DNA of 64,000 nucleotides from an uncultured Aliiroseovarius sp. (GTDB lineage Bacteria; Pseudomonadota; Alphaproteobacteria; Rhodobacterales; Rhodobacteraceae). Position 1 is the first letter of the stretch; every line of letters begins with the position of its first letter. Both the position numbers and the translations under genes were made by a program. The notes beneath the pieces are model-generated. The model searched no databases and was not told the DNA's origin. It worked only from the letters and a program-made list of their open reading frames with translations. Below, piece after piece: positions 18,437 through 27,439 of the stretch. Location of the stretch: contig CAZJYZ010000009.1 of assembly GCA_964550345.1 (NCBI GenBank), positions 16,424 through 80,423 on the forward strand, written 5' to 3'.

Positions 18437-20194
18437 TTACAAGCAAAGCTCAAGGATCAGCCCGTTGGCGCCCACCAGCAAAAGGCCTTCATGGCCCTGT
18501 TTCTGCGGCGCGGACAAGGACAGAACGTCTTTGATCGCCGCCTGTGTTGCCTTGGGAAACGGGCGCCAGTTTTCACCCTGATCGGCAGAAACCAACAAAT
18601 AGGCATCGTCGCCTGCGATCCACCCCATACCGGCCGTGGAAAAGCGGATTTTGTTCAGGTCCGCCTTTCCGGGAAATTTTTGCGCTTCCCAACTGGCACC
18701 ACCATCCCGGGTTCTGAGCAACGTACTCTGCGCGCCGACCGCCCAACCGTTCTTGTGATCGCTGAAGTAAAGGCCGTGCAAACTGGATTGTGTGCCCGAA
18801 GCCCCCTGCCCCCAGCTTTTGCCGCCATCGCGCGTCAGCAGGATCACGCCCTCTTCCCCCGCGGCCCAGCCGGTGTTTTCATCGATGAAAAAGACCGCAT
18901 GCAGGGCACCCGGGACAGCGAGCTTGCTGAGCTGCCAGCTTGCGCCGGCATCTTTGGTTGACACGATGGCCCCGCCCTCACCGGCTGCCCAACCATTGTG
19001 GGGATCGGTGAAGGACAGGGAATAAAGCGTGGTGGTTTCGGGTAGCCTTGCCTGCTGCCACCTACGCCCGAGATCTTCCGAGTAAAGCAATGCCCCCCCG
19101 GCACCTACCGCCCAGCCCCGATCTGTTTCGGGAAATACCACGTCATACAGCTTGGCACTCGTGGGGGTTTCACTGACTTCCCAATTCTCTGCCCCATCTT
19201 CACGGCGCAGCACCAGGCCATCCTCGCCAACAGCAACAATCGCACCGCCAGCACCGGCGACGCCCCAAAGCTGGTTGAGGCGCCCGGACGAGGCCTGCTC
19301 CCACTCGTCAGAAGTCTCTGTCTGCCTGATCAGTGTGCCCATCTCGCCAACCAGCCAATTGCCGCCTTCAAGCGCTACCAGCCGGTTAATATTGACGGAA
19401 GAAGGTAGCTTGACCGGAACCCAATTTGCACCACCATCCATTGTGCGCAACAAAGTACCCCCAAAGCCTGACAACAGGCCGTCGTGGTCCGATTGCCAAT
19501 GCATGTCGGTAAGGTTTCGCCCGGTTGGAAGTTGCACCTGCTGCCAATCTTTGCCGAGTTCTTCGCAGACAAAATACTGCCCCCGCTCCCCCAGGATCCA
19601 ACCCTTTTGGCCACGCCATATCAGTCGGTTGAGCGCTAACGGTGTGTCCAGCCTCTGCCCCGCCCAGTTCTCACCATCATCCGCGCTTTGCCATAGCCGC
19701 CCCGCATCACCGACTGCCATGATGTGACCATCACCGAAGTCATGTATATCGCGAATCCAGCCGCGGGTTTCAGGGCCTGTAGCATGCCAGATCTCGCCAC
19801 CATCCATTGTACGCAGACATAGCCCAAATGATCCTACAGCCCAGCCATTCTGATCGTTTTGAAAATGAAACCTGTGAATTGTCTCGTCGGTTTCAAGCCG
19901 CGCGCGTTGCCAGCTTTGCCCCGCATCGATGCTGCGAAACAACAAGCCCTGAGCTCCACCGATTAGTACACTTCCGTCGGGCAAAACCTGCAAGGCGCGC
20001 AGCTCATGCGGTGTTTCCAGCCAGCGGCGCGACCAGGTTGCGCCATTGTCATGGCTTTCCAGCAAAGTTCCCGCCTGCCCCACAGCCAACATCACCCCGC
20101 CAGGCAAGCGGCACATATCAAAAAGGTGGTTGGCTGTGGGATAGGGGTTGTGTTCAACCCAGCTGAGTTTCGCCATGTGCCTTACCCTTTGCAT
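18437..20194 (-). CDS. Ycf48-like BNR/Asp-box repeat beta-propeller protein with no signal peptide
   Basis: At least ten Asp-box-like repeats (DNGATW, DAGQSW, DGGEIW, DDGENW, DGGANW, DLGRRW, DAGASW, DGGKSW, DGGASW, DQGENW) over 585 aa. The N-terminus MQRVRHMAKLSWVEHNPYP is not hydrophobic. Confidence 0.75.
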   Translation of the reverse strand: MQRVRHMAKLSWVEHNPYPTANHLFDMCRLPGGVMLAVGQAGTLLESHDNGATWSRRWLETPHELRALQVLPDGSVLIGGAQGLLFRSIDAGQSWQRARLETDETIHRFHFQNDQNGWAVGSFGLCLRTMDGGEIWHATGPETRGWIRDIHDFGDGHIMAVGDAGRLWQSADDGENWAGQRLDTPLALNRLIWRGQKGWILGERGQYFVCEELGKDWQQVQLPTGRNLTDMHWQSDHDGLLSGFGGTLLRTMDGGANWVPVKLPSSVNINRLVALEGGNWLVGEMGTLIRQTETSDEWEQASSGRLNQLWGVAGAGGAIVAVGEDGLVLRREDGAENWEVSETPTSAKLYDVVFPETDRGWAVGAGGALLYSEDLGRRWQQARLPETTTLYSLSFTDPHNGWAAGEGGAIVSTKDAGASWQLSKLAVPGALHAVFFIDENTGWAAGEEGVILLTRDGGKSWGQGASGTQSSLHGLYFSDHKNGWAVGAQSTLLRTRDGGASWEAQKFPGKADLNKIRFSTAGMGWIAGDDAYLLVSADQGENWRPFPKATQAAIKDVLSLSAPQKQGHEGLLLVGANGLILELCL

Positions 20195-20252
20195 CCCCTG
20201 TTCAGATCATCAGCCCAGTGCGGCAGGATCAGGAATTTTGCTGCGGATGCTC

Positions 20253-21464
20253 TTAATACTCAATCGGCATGACCGTTACCATGTCGCCCTCATGCACCTC
20301 ACAAGGCTCAACCGGTAGCACGATAAAGGCGTTGGCCTTAGACATTGATGTCAGAATACCCGAGTTCTGCGACCCGGTGCTGCTGATCGCCGTCTGGGCG
20401 CCGTCATAGGCAATGACGCCGCGGGCAAACTCGGCCCGGCCATGGGTTTTCAGGATCGGTTCGCCCTTGAAGGGCAGCACCATTTCCTTCAACGGTGCCG
20501 GTTTGCACCCCATCATCACCAACATTGCCGGACGTACCAGCAGCAGGAAAGTCGCCAGCACCGAAACCGGGTTTCCGGGTAGGCCAAAGAATACCGCATC
20601 GCCAATGCGACCATGGGCCTGCGGCTTGCCGGGCTTCATGCGCACCTTCCAGAAGTCGATTACACCCACCTCGGTGATCACGTCCTTGACCAGATCATAG
20701 TCGCCAACGGACACACCACCCGAGGTCAGCACCACGTCGGCCTCATTCGCGCCCTTCAGCAAGGCCGCTTTGATGCTTTCGCGGTCATCACGAATAATAC
20801 CGAGATCAAGAATATCCACGCCGAGTGCTTGCAGCACAGCCATCATCGAATGGCGGTTACTGTCATAGACCTGCCCGGCTTCTAGAGGTTGCCCGGGTGC
20901 CACGACCTCGTTTCCGGTTGAGACAACTGCAACCTTCAATTTGCGGACCACTTCGACCTCGCGCCGCCCTAAAGATGCCAGCATGCCGACGTCCGGCGGA
21001 GTCACCTGATGACCCGCGGCAAACACTTCTGACCCCTCAGAAATGTCCTGCCCGGCGCGACGTATCCATTTGCCCTGTACCTGCCCCTCAGGCACGGTTA
21101 AGGCGTCACCGTCACGCGTGACATCTTCCTGAATGACAATACAATCGCATCCATCCGGAACAGGGGCACCAGTCATGATCCGCACGGCTTCGCCAGCTCC
21201 CACAACACGCTCCAGCCGTGACCCGGCGGGCACTTCGTCCACCACATTCAGAACCGTGTCACCCTTTGCTGCCAGATCCTGAAATCGAACCGCATAGCCA
21301 TCCATGGCAGTGTTGTCATGGTTTGGAACATTTTCTGGTGCCATGACAGGTTCGGCCAACACCCGGCCAAGGGCGTTAATAACCGAGATCGTCTCTGTTT
21401 CACCAATCGGTTCAACCCGCGCCAGCGCTCTCTCATAGGCCTCGGCAAAAGGCATCATGTCCAT
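20253..21464 (-). CDS. moeA: Molybdopterin molybdotransferase MoeA
   Basis: HDNTAMDGYAV motif. 403 aa. C-terminal MoeA domains (GGVSVGDYD, GLPGNPVS). Confidence 0.9.
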   Translation of the reverse strand: MDMMPFAEAYERALARVEPIGETETISVINALGRVLAEPVMAPENVPNHDNTAMDGYAVRFQDLAAKGDTVLNVVDEVPAGSRLERVVGAGEAVRIMTGAPVPDGCDCIVIQEDVTRDGDALTVPEGQVQGKWIRRAGQDISEGSEVFAAGHQVTPPDVGMLASLGRREVEVVRKLKVAVVSTGNEVVAPGQPLEAGQVYDSNRHSMMAVLQALGVDILDLGIIRDDRESIKAALLKGANEADVVLTSGGVSVGDYDLVKDVITEVGVIDFWKVRMKPGKPQAHGRIGDAVFFGLPGNPVSVLATFLLLVRPAMLVMMGCKPAPLKEMVLPFKGEPILKTHGRAEFARGVIAYDGAQTAISSTGSQNSGILTSMSKANAFIVLPVEPCEVHEGDMVTVMPIEY

Positions 21465-21497
21465 GGTTCACTCCTCGTTCCTCTGCCCGCAAAGGGC

Positions 21498-22676
21498 TTA
21501 CTTGTCGTCCGCTTCTGGTAGCATCATTTGCTTTACTTTAATGATACCGTGTAAGCCAAGCCCAACCAGCACACCGATGCCCATATTCCCGGTGGCAATA
21601 GAAACACCGGCAATCGTCAGCGCGGTCAGAAGCTCCCACCGCTCATTAACGTCAGCGATCATCCGTGCCAATTCCAGCCCGGCAAAAAACAAAAGCACAC
21701 CTAGAACACCTTGCGGGATCAGGGTCAGGATAAAAAGCGCCTGTTCGGTAAACAAGATCGCCAGCACGATAAAAAAGACACCAATTATCAAGTTAGAGCC
21801 ACCGGTGCGTGCACCAAAGCGATACGCCGCAGCCAGCCCGCCAGCGCCGTGACAAACCGGCATGGCACCGATTGAACCTGAGACAAGCCCGGTCAGCCCC
21901 ATCGTGGTCAGCAGCGCCTTCAGAGAAACCCGCGCGCTTTTCGCCTCGCCGTATTTGGTAATGGCCACGTCGCGAGTTGAGATGATGGCATTGCCGATCG
22001 TCAGCGGGAATTGCGGCAGGACCAACAGGAAAAACGCATCCCAGTAATGGCTGAAATCCGGCGGGATCAGGACCAGTCCGGCGGTCGCTTCCTGTCCAGG
22101 CGCGCGCTCGCCCAAAGCCAGGCTGATCAGAACGCCGAAGGCCAGCAGCATGAGGGCGGCAGGAAAGCGTTTGTTTGTCAGGAAGATAAGCACAATGACA
22201 GCGCCGATAATGCCCACAAGCGGGTTCAGCCACGGCGCTGAGACCGGGCCGTTTAACAGCAACTCAGGTGCACTGATAAATTCCACCCCCTTGATCATCA
22301 GGATCAGGCCCAGGCCGAGCTGGATGCCGCGCACGATAGGTTTGGTAAACACTTTGGCGACCAGATCAATCGCCCCGGTCACAGCCAGCAAAAGTAGGAT
22401 TGCCCCTAAGATTATGCCCGAAGCGGCAATGGTTTCCACCGGCAATTGCGAGGCTATGGCTACGGCCGAAACCACTTTGAGCGGCTGCACAGGTATCGGC
22501 AAGTGATAATAAAGCCCGCCGACAACATAAAGCCCGCCGACAACCAGAAGCGTCGTGGCAAGGGGAACCGAATTAACAAGGACCAGCGCAATAGTCAGTG
22601 GCAGGAGCGTGCCCAGATCGCTGAGCGAGCCAGCCAATTCGTTGCGGTCAAAACGATGTGGTGACAATCCACTCAT
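21498..22676 (-). CDS. MOT1/MOT2-family molybdate transporter (sulfate-permease-related)
   Basis: Both motifs I recall as MOT1 signatures are present: LPIPVQPLKVVSAVAIA and GAMPVCHGAGGLAAAYRFGARTGGS. Polytopic, 392 aa. Confidence 0.8.
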   Translation of the reverse strand: MSGLSPHRFDRNELAGSLSDLGTLLPLTIALVLVNSVPLATTLLVVGGLYVVGGLYYHLPIPVQPLKVVSAVAIASQLPVETIAASGIILGAILLLLAVTGAIDLVAKVFTKPIVRGIQLGLGLILMIKGVEFISAPELLLNGPVSAPWLNPLVGIIGAVIVLIFLTNKRFPAALMLLAFGVLISLALGERAPGQEATAGLVLIPPDFSHYWDAFFLLVLPQFPLTIGNAIISTRDVAITKYGEAKSARVSLKALLTTMGLTGLVSGSIGAMPVCHGAGGLAAAYRFGARTGGSNLIIGVFFIVLAILFTEQALFILTLIPQGVLGVLLFFAGLELARMIADVNERWELLTALTIAGVSIATGNMGIGVLVGLGLHGIIKVKQMMLPEADDK

Positions 22677-22830
22677 GGGTATAACTCCTCATTTGGGAGC
22701 AAAACCCCCTCAGGCATTACTTTACCAGTTCAAACTGGTGCGAACAATTCTGCTCGGCGCGGCACTCTGTCCCATGACCCAAAGTGCGCAAAGGCACGGT
22801 AGAGCTTCCTGATCCTGGTTCCGCTCCCGC

Positions 22831-23766
22831 TCAGACCGAGATGCCCAACTCTTTCATAATCTTGTCAGCAAGTTCGTTGATGGCAATGGCAGCTTCGCTT
22901 TCGGGATTTTCGACGATGATCGACTTGCCTTCATCCGCTAGCTTTATGATCCGGCGTTCCAACGGAATGTTACCCAGGTAAGGCACATTGAGTTCATCCG
23001 CCGAGTTTTTTACCTGATTGGCACCAAACAGGTCTTCATCGGTCATGTTCTCAACCATGCCAAAGACCGGAACGTCCAGATGCCGCGCCATCGAAATTGA
23101 TTTGCGCGCATCAAGCAGCGCTACTTTCTGCGGCGTCGAGACAACGACCGCGCCGTCGATACGGTCGACAATCTCTGTCACCATCATGGGTTCGTCCCCA
23201 GTACCCGGTGGCAGGTCGAACAGCAGTATATCGCGCTCCCCCCAGTTTACCGAGGCGATCAATTGCCGGATCAGGTCCTTTTTCAAAGGTCCTTTCCACA
23301 TCACCGCATCGTCCGAGCTTTCGATGAAATAATCCATCGAGATCAGACCAAGGCCGGGGGCCTCTTCGGGCATCGGCACGACCGGTACGATACCAATCTC
23401 GTCCAGTTGCAGGCCCTTGCCCTGACGCGCAGCTTCGCTGTGCTCAGCCACCAGCATCTGTGGAATATTGGGTCCGTGAATGTCCGCATCGATTAGCGCG
23501 ACTTTCAGCCCTTTCCGCGCCAGCGCAACCGCAACGCCGGCAGTCAGGGTCGATTTTCCAACCCCGCCCTTGCCTGAGGTGATGAACAGCCGGTGACGAA
23601 TATCCTTCATACGTTCGCCAACCAACCATGTCTCGTGGTTTTCCCGGCGTGTATTCAGGCATTCCGCATAATCCGGGCAGATATCGCACCCGTTCAGACG
23701 CTCGCAGGCGGCCTCGGCAAAATCGGTCTGGCCGACATTGGTCAGGATTGGGGGCAAATCGCTCAT
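22831..23766 (-). CDS. Mrp/NBP35-family P-loop ATPase (Fe-S cluster carrier type) with an atypical cysteine layout
   Basis: Deviant Walker A SGKGGVGKST, and LPPGTGDE. All four cysteines are N-terminal (C21-x5-C27-x2-C30-x5-C36). No C-terminal CxxC. 4-nt overlap with the upstream flavoprotein gene. Confidence 0.85.
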   Translation of the reverse strand: MSDLPPILTNVGQTDFAEAACERLNGCDICPDYAECLNTRRENHETWLVGERMKDIRHRLFITSGKGGVGKSTLTAGVAVALARKGLKVALIDADIHGPNIPQMLVAEHSEAARQGKGLQLDEIGIVPVVPMPEEAPGLGLISMDYFIESSDDAVMWKGPLKKDLIRQLIASVNWGERDILLFDLPPGTGDEPMMVTEIVDRIDGAVVVSTPQKVALLDARKSISMARHLDVPVFGMVENMTDEDLFGANQVKNSADELNVPYLGNIPLERRIIKLADEGKSIIVENPESEAAIAINELADKIMKELGISV

Positions 23767-25283
23767 GACGAATAAATCTCCTGCCCACGCACGCCAACCC
23801 GTTCGGGCAGGCGCACGAAGTCATGCTGATCAAGGGCAAACAGAGCGCGGAAGGACCCAGTGCGGAAATCGCCCAGCCGGATCATCTCTTTCATTTCCTC
23901 GCTCAGCTCCTGTTTACGACGCAGAAGCGTATAGAAGATGCCATTGCCTTCCAGCCCGGCGCCTTCACGGTCCTGCGAGCGGGCAAAGGCGCTTTTGATT
24001 TCCTCAACCTGATCGTCCGGCAGGTTATAGGCGTCCAGGTTCATCTCTTCTTCGCGAATGGTGCCGATGGCAGTGAAGCCTACGGGGACATTCTTCAACA
24101 GATACATCTTCACCCAGGTGTCAGCGTTGCTCCCGATCAGGGTCTCGTCATGTTCGGCCTTGGGCGAGCCCCCGGCTGCAATCGGCAGTTCAAACACGTT
24201 CACAGCGTTGGCATCGATGCCACCTTTGTTGACAACGGGTTTGCCCGCCATGTTGAAACCGGCGATACGCCCGCCGACCACGGCGTTTGGCCAGAGCGGG
24301 ATCATACGCTGTACGCCAACAACATCGTAATGTTGCGAAAGGTCGCCGGCGGCGAAAACATCGGGGTTAGAGGTGCGCATGTTGCGGTCGACAAGAATGC
24401 CGCCACGTTCGGCCACCTCGATGTCGGTGCCGTCACACAGCCAGGTATTCGGGCGCTGGCCTGCCGAGTTGATGATCAGGTCGCATTCGATCAACCCCAG
24501 ATCGCCAACTTCAACACCCTTGAGCGAACCATCGTCATTAAATACGACTTCTTTGGCACCCTGCCCGGTGATCACCCGCATTCCACCGTGGGTTTCCATG
24601 TGCTCTTTCAGGATGGCTGAGCTGTCGTCATCGGTCATAACTGGCAGCACGTTGTCCACCAACTCGACCATTGTCACATCCACACCCCAGCCACGCAGGG
24701 TTTCGGAGGCTTCGATGCCGATCGGACCCGACCCCATAACCAGCGCCTTTTTCGAGGCACGATTCGGGTCACGCAGCTGCGCCACCACATCATCCGCGTC
24801 ACTGATGGTTTTGAAGGCATGGGCAAGACCTGCATCACGGGCATCCGCAAGACCGGGGATCGGCACCCAGAAGGTGGTTGCCCCGGCCGCAATCAACAGC
24901 TTATCCCATTCAAATTCTTCGCCATTTTCGGCGATGACTACTTTGCGTTCTGTATCAATGCTTTTGGCGGGCGTGGACAGGCGTAGATCAACATTGTTGC
25001 GCTCATAAAACTCCATCCCGCCTTTCCAGTAGAGCCCTTCGCGCGGCACACCCAGCATCTGCGGCACGCGCTCCTCAGGGTGCTTTTCCCCCCATTCCTT
25101 GCGCGCCTCGACATATTCGGGAGACTCGTTCCAACCATAAAGCGCCAGTGGGCAAGGCGAATAAGCTGGCCATTCCTCCTTATTGAGGACCGTTATGGTG
25201 CTTTCTTCGTCAAATTTACGGATCGCTTCAATAGCTTCGGCAGTTGCCGGGCCGTTGCCAATGATTACCATTTTGCTGGTCAT
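23763..25283 (-). CDS. FAD-dependent pyridine nucleotide-disulfide oxidoreductase (NADH oxidase/CoA-disulfide reductase class) with a C-terminal extension
   Basis: Two Rossmann motifs (VIIGNGPATAEA and LVMGSGPIGIEA), FAAGD, and a single N-terminal Cys in AYSPCPLALY where Nox/CoADR carry their redox Cys. About 100 extra C-terminal residues. Confidence 0.8.
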   Translation of the reverse strand: MTSKMVIIGNGPATAEAIEAIRKFDEESTITVLNKEEWPAYSPCPLALYGWNESPEYVEARKEWGEKHPEERVPQMLGVPREGLYWKGGMEFYERNNVDLRLSTPAKSIDTERKVVIAENGEEFEWDKLLIAAGATTFWVPIPGLADARDAGLAHAFKTISDADDVVAQLRDPNRASKKALVMGSGPIGIEASETLRGWGVDVTMVELVDNVLPVMTDDDSSAILKEHMETHGGMRVITGQGAKEVVFNDDGSLKGVEVGDLGLIECDLIINSAGQRPNTWLCDGTDIEVAERGGILVDRNMRTSNPDVFAAGDLSQHYDVVGVQRMIPLWPNAVVGGRIAGFNMAGKPVVNKGGIDANAVNVFELPIAAGGSPKAEHDETLIGSNADTWVKMYLLKNVPVGFTAIGTIREEEMNLDAYNLPDDQVEEIKSAFARSQDREGAGLEGNGIFYTLLRRKQELSEEMKEMIRLGDFRTGSFRALFALDQHDFVRLPERVGVRGQEIYSS

Positions 25284-25334
25284 TCAATCATCTCCCTAGT
25301 CCCTGACCCCCGAAATCCGCGGGTCAAACCAATG

Positions 25335-26276
25335 TCATTTCTTGCCCTTACCCCATGTCGAAGGGTCACCACCGACGCGAATGTCAGCAGAATCCATCAT
25401 CTGGCTGACCCATTCCTTAAAGGCTGCGCGGGCTTTCACATCACGTAACTCATCGCGAATTTCCTCGCGCACTTCGTCCAGAGGTAGCTCTGAAAGTTCT
25501 TTGTTGATTACCTGCAGCATCAGATAGCCGTCCGGCAGTTCGATGGCGCTGGTTAGCCCACCCGCCTCAAGCGAACACGCCGCGTTGAAAGCGTCGTCAT
25601 TCACTTCACCACGGCGCATCCAGCCCAGATACCCGCCATTTTCCTTGGTCGCAACACGCTCGGATTGAGCACGCGCAAGATCGGCGAAGCTTTCGCCATT
25701 CTCATGACGTTCTTTAAAGGATTTCAGCGCCCTTATCAGCCCTGAACGTCCGACCGGGCACAGCGTTTTTTCCGCCTCAAGGAAAATCTCGGCCAGTTCC
25801 AGCTTACCATCACGCACGAAACGGCCCAGACCGGGTTCGCCCGTGTGGCCGTCATAGAACTGTTCTATTTCGGTGTCCGAGACCTCTGCCTCACCCAGAA
25901 AAAGGTCGATCACATGATGGATAATCAGCTCACGCCGCATGCTTTCTTCCAGCCGCGTCTGAAAGCTCTCATCTTCGACAATATCGTCGCCACCCTGCAC
26001 CAGGATCGTTGTCTGGGCTTCGGCAACGCCCTTTTTGAGTTCGTCGTCCGAGGGCTCGACCAGTCCTGCAAGATCACTTTCAAGAATAAGTTCTTCGCGG
26101 ATCAGCTTGGTGATGGCGTTTTTCTTGAGCTCGGCCCGTTGGGATGGCACCAGATTGTCAAAAACCTGCCCGTGAACGGTAGCCGCCAGCAATTCAACTT
26201 CGCGCGTGAAAGCGCCGGCGTAAATCACATGACCATTGACGGTGGCAAGTGGCTGGCTGTCGACTTTCTCTGACAT
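25335..26276 (-). CDS. Parvulin-type peptidyl-prolyl isomerase (SurA/PpiC-like) lacking a signal peptide
   Basis: PpiC domain (ENGGYLGWMRRGEVNDDAFNAACSLEAGGLTSAIELPDGYLMLQV). The N-terminus MSEKVDSQPLATVNG is not hydrophobic. Confidence 0.75.
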   Translation of the reverse strand: MSEKVDSQPLATVNGHVIYAGAFTREVELLAATVHGQVFDNLVPSQRAELKKNAITKLIREELILESDLAGLVEPSDDELKKGVAEAQTTILVQGGDDIVEDESFQTRLEESMRRELIIHHVIDLFLGEAEVSDTEIEQFYDGHTGEPGLGRFVRDGKLELAEIFLEAEKTLCPVGRSGLIRALKSFKERHENGESFADLARAQSERVATKENGGYLGWMRRGEVNDDAFNAACSLEAGGLTSAIELPDGYLMLQVINKELSELPLDEVREEIRDELRDVKARAAFKEWVSQMMDSADIRVGGDPSTWGKGKK

Positions 26277-27307
26277 CAGTCTTTTTCACCCTCTGGCTTT
26301 TCAGTCGTAAAAAGTACTTTACGTTCATCCAGCGGCCTCGATGAATTGAAGCGGTTCGCCTCGATGGTAAAGAAACCGACCACGAGCTTGCCGATGCCGG
26401 TAACATAGCTTTGCGCCGGGCGCTTACGGCTATTTTCCTCGACCATTTCACCTACACGCAAAAAGTCATGGCCAAACCGTGTGGCCCAGGTCAACAGGTG
26501 GTTGGACAGGAACGCATCATGGCGCCGCTGGGCCATTTCTGCCGCTTCGTTGTCCCCTGTCGCGTCCGCGGCCAGCTTTCGGCCGATCAATTCGGCAATA
26601 AAGGCACATTCATGCATGATATGGTCCGCAAATTCGCCTTCTGCCTTTAGGTCGGCGGCAACGTAATCGCGGTAAACCTGCCCGGTAATATCGCCCTGCA
26701 CCTGCCGGTCGCCCATATAGATGGATTCGTAAGGTGCGACATAGGGAAAGAAGCTGTCGTAAATAATACGCGCGTATTCCTGTCGGATTTCATTGACCAG
26801 ATCATTAGGGTCCATGCCCTCAAGCCGCTCAAGATCAGCCAGACCTTCGTCGATTGCGTTGTGACCGGAAAGTGCCATTGATGCGTCGCGCAGACCTTTG
26901 ACCACAGCGCCAGTGGAAAGGCGGCCAGCCAAATCTTTAGTTGGGTTTTCAAGCAGTTCTGCCAGAGCTTCATAGATAGATTTTCGTTGCCTGTTCAACT
27001 CGGCGGCGTCATCAGCCACTGGCGTAACAACGGGATCAATCCGCACCGGTTCAATCTGGCGATGGATCATCGCGCGCACCCAGAACAGGTACGAGTAACG
27101 CTGACCTTCTGTTTTCCAGAAATCAATCACCTGCGGATCAGAATACAAGAGGTCAATCTCAGACTGTTCACGCGATGCCTGTTTTGAGGCCTCTTTCGAG
27201 ATTTCCCGCTCGCCCACCCGGTCGCTGACGCGCGTGGCTTCCGCGTCGAGACGTTCAAACTCGTCAAGCAGATCGTTTAACGTCTGACTGAGATCATTTT
27301 CTTTCAT
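26276..27307 (-). CDS. TorD/DmsD-family redox-enzyme maturation chaperone with an N-terminal extension of about 100 aa
   Basis: Core region EYARIIYDSFFPYVAPYESIYMG...ADHIMHECAFIAELI matches the TorD-family pattern (Y..lF....P.YES.Y...PDH...EL.F...L). 343 aa versus about 200 aa typical. 1-nt overlap with the PPIase gene. Confidence 0.65.
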   Translation of the reverse strand: MKENDLSQTLNDLLDEFERLDAEATRVSDRVGEREISKEASKQASREQSEIDLLYSDPQVIDFWKTEGQRYSYLFWVRAMIHRQIEPVRIDPVVTPVADDAAELNRQRKSIYEALAELLENPTKDLAGRLSTGAVVKGLRDASMALSGHNAIDEGLADLERLEGMDPNDLVNEIRQEYARIIYDSFFPYVAPYESIYMGDRQVQGDITGQVYRDYVAADLKAEGEFADHIMHECAFIAELIGRKLAADATGDNEAAEMAQRRHDAFLSNHLLTWATRFGHDFLRVGEMVEENSRKRPAQSYVTGIGKLVVGFFTIEANRFNSSRPLDERKVLFTTEKPEGEKD

Positions 27308-27374
27308 GGTTCACCCAATTGACGATGTGTGAGATAGTTTGCGGAGAAGCAGACCTCCGGTGTGATAGTCATGA

Positions 27375-27399
27375 AGACCGGGCGTTCCCGTCCCGGTCT
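27375..27399 (-). promoter_or_regulatory. Intra-operon stem-loop between the structural genes and the maturation genes
   Basis: AGACCGGG (27375-27382) pairs with CCCGGTCT (27392-27399) around a 9-nt loop. It lies 40 nt downstream of the 113-aa gene stop and has no U-tract on the minus-strand transcript. Confidence 0.3.
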
Positions 27400-27439
27400 C
27401 CAAAGTTTTCATATACTCCTGAACCAATAGGCTCAGAGC

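Noticed and set aside
18377-18961. 194-aa plus-strand ORF overlapping the 3' end of the BNR-repeat gene.
   Set aside because: It is antisense to a gene with ten clear Asp-box repeats, it has low-complexity composition, and no RBS or motif supports it.
22677-22830. Calling the MOT1 leader a Moco riboswitch outright.
   Set aside because: I see only a CCGAG string and short hairpins, and I cannot reproduce the Moco motif architecture by eye. It is kept as a testable note in the findings, not as an ncRNA feature.
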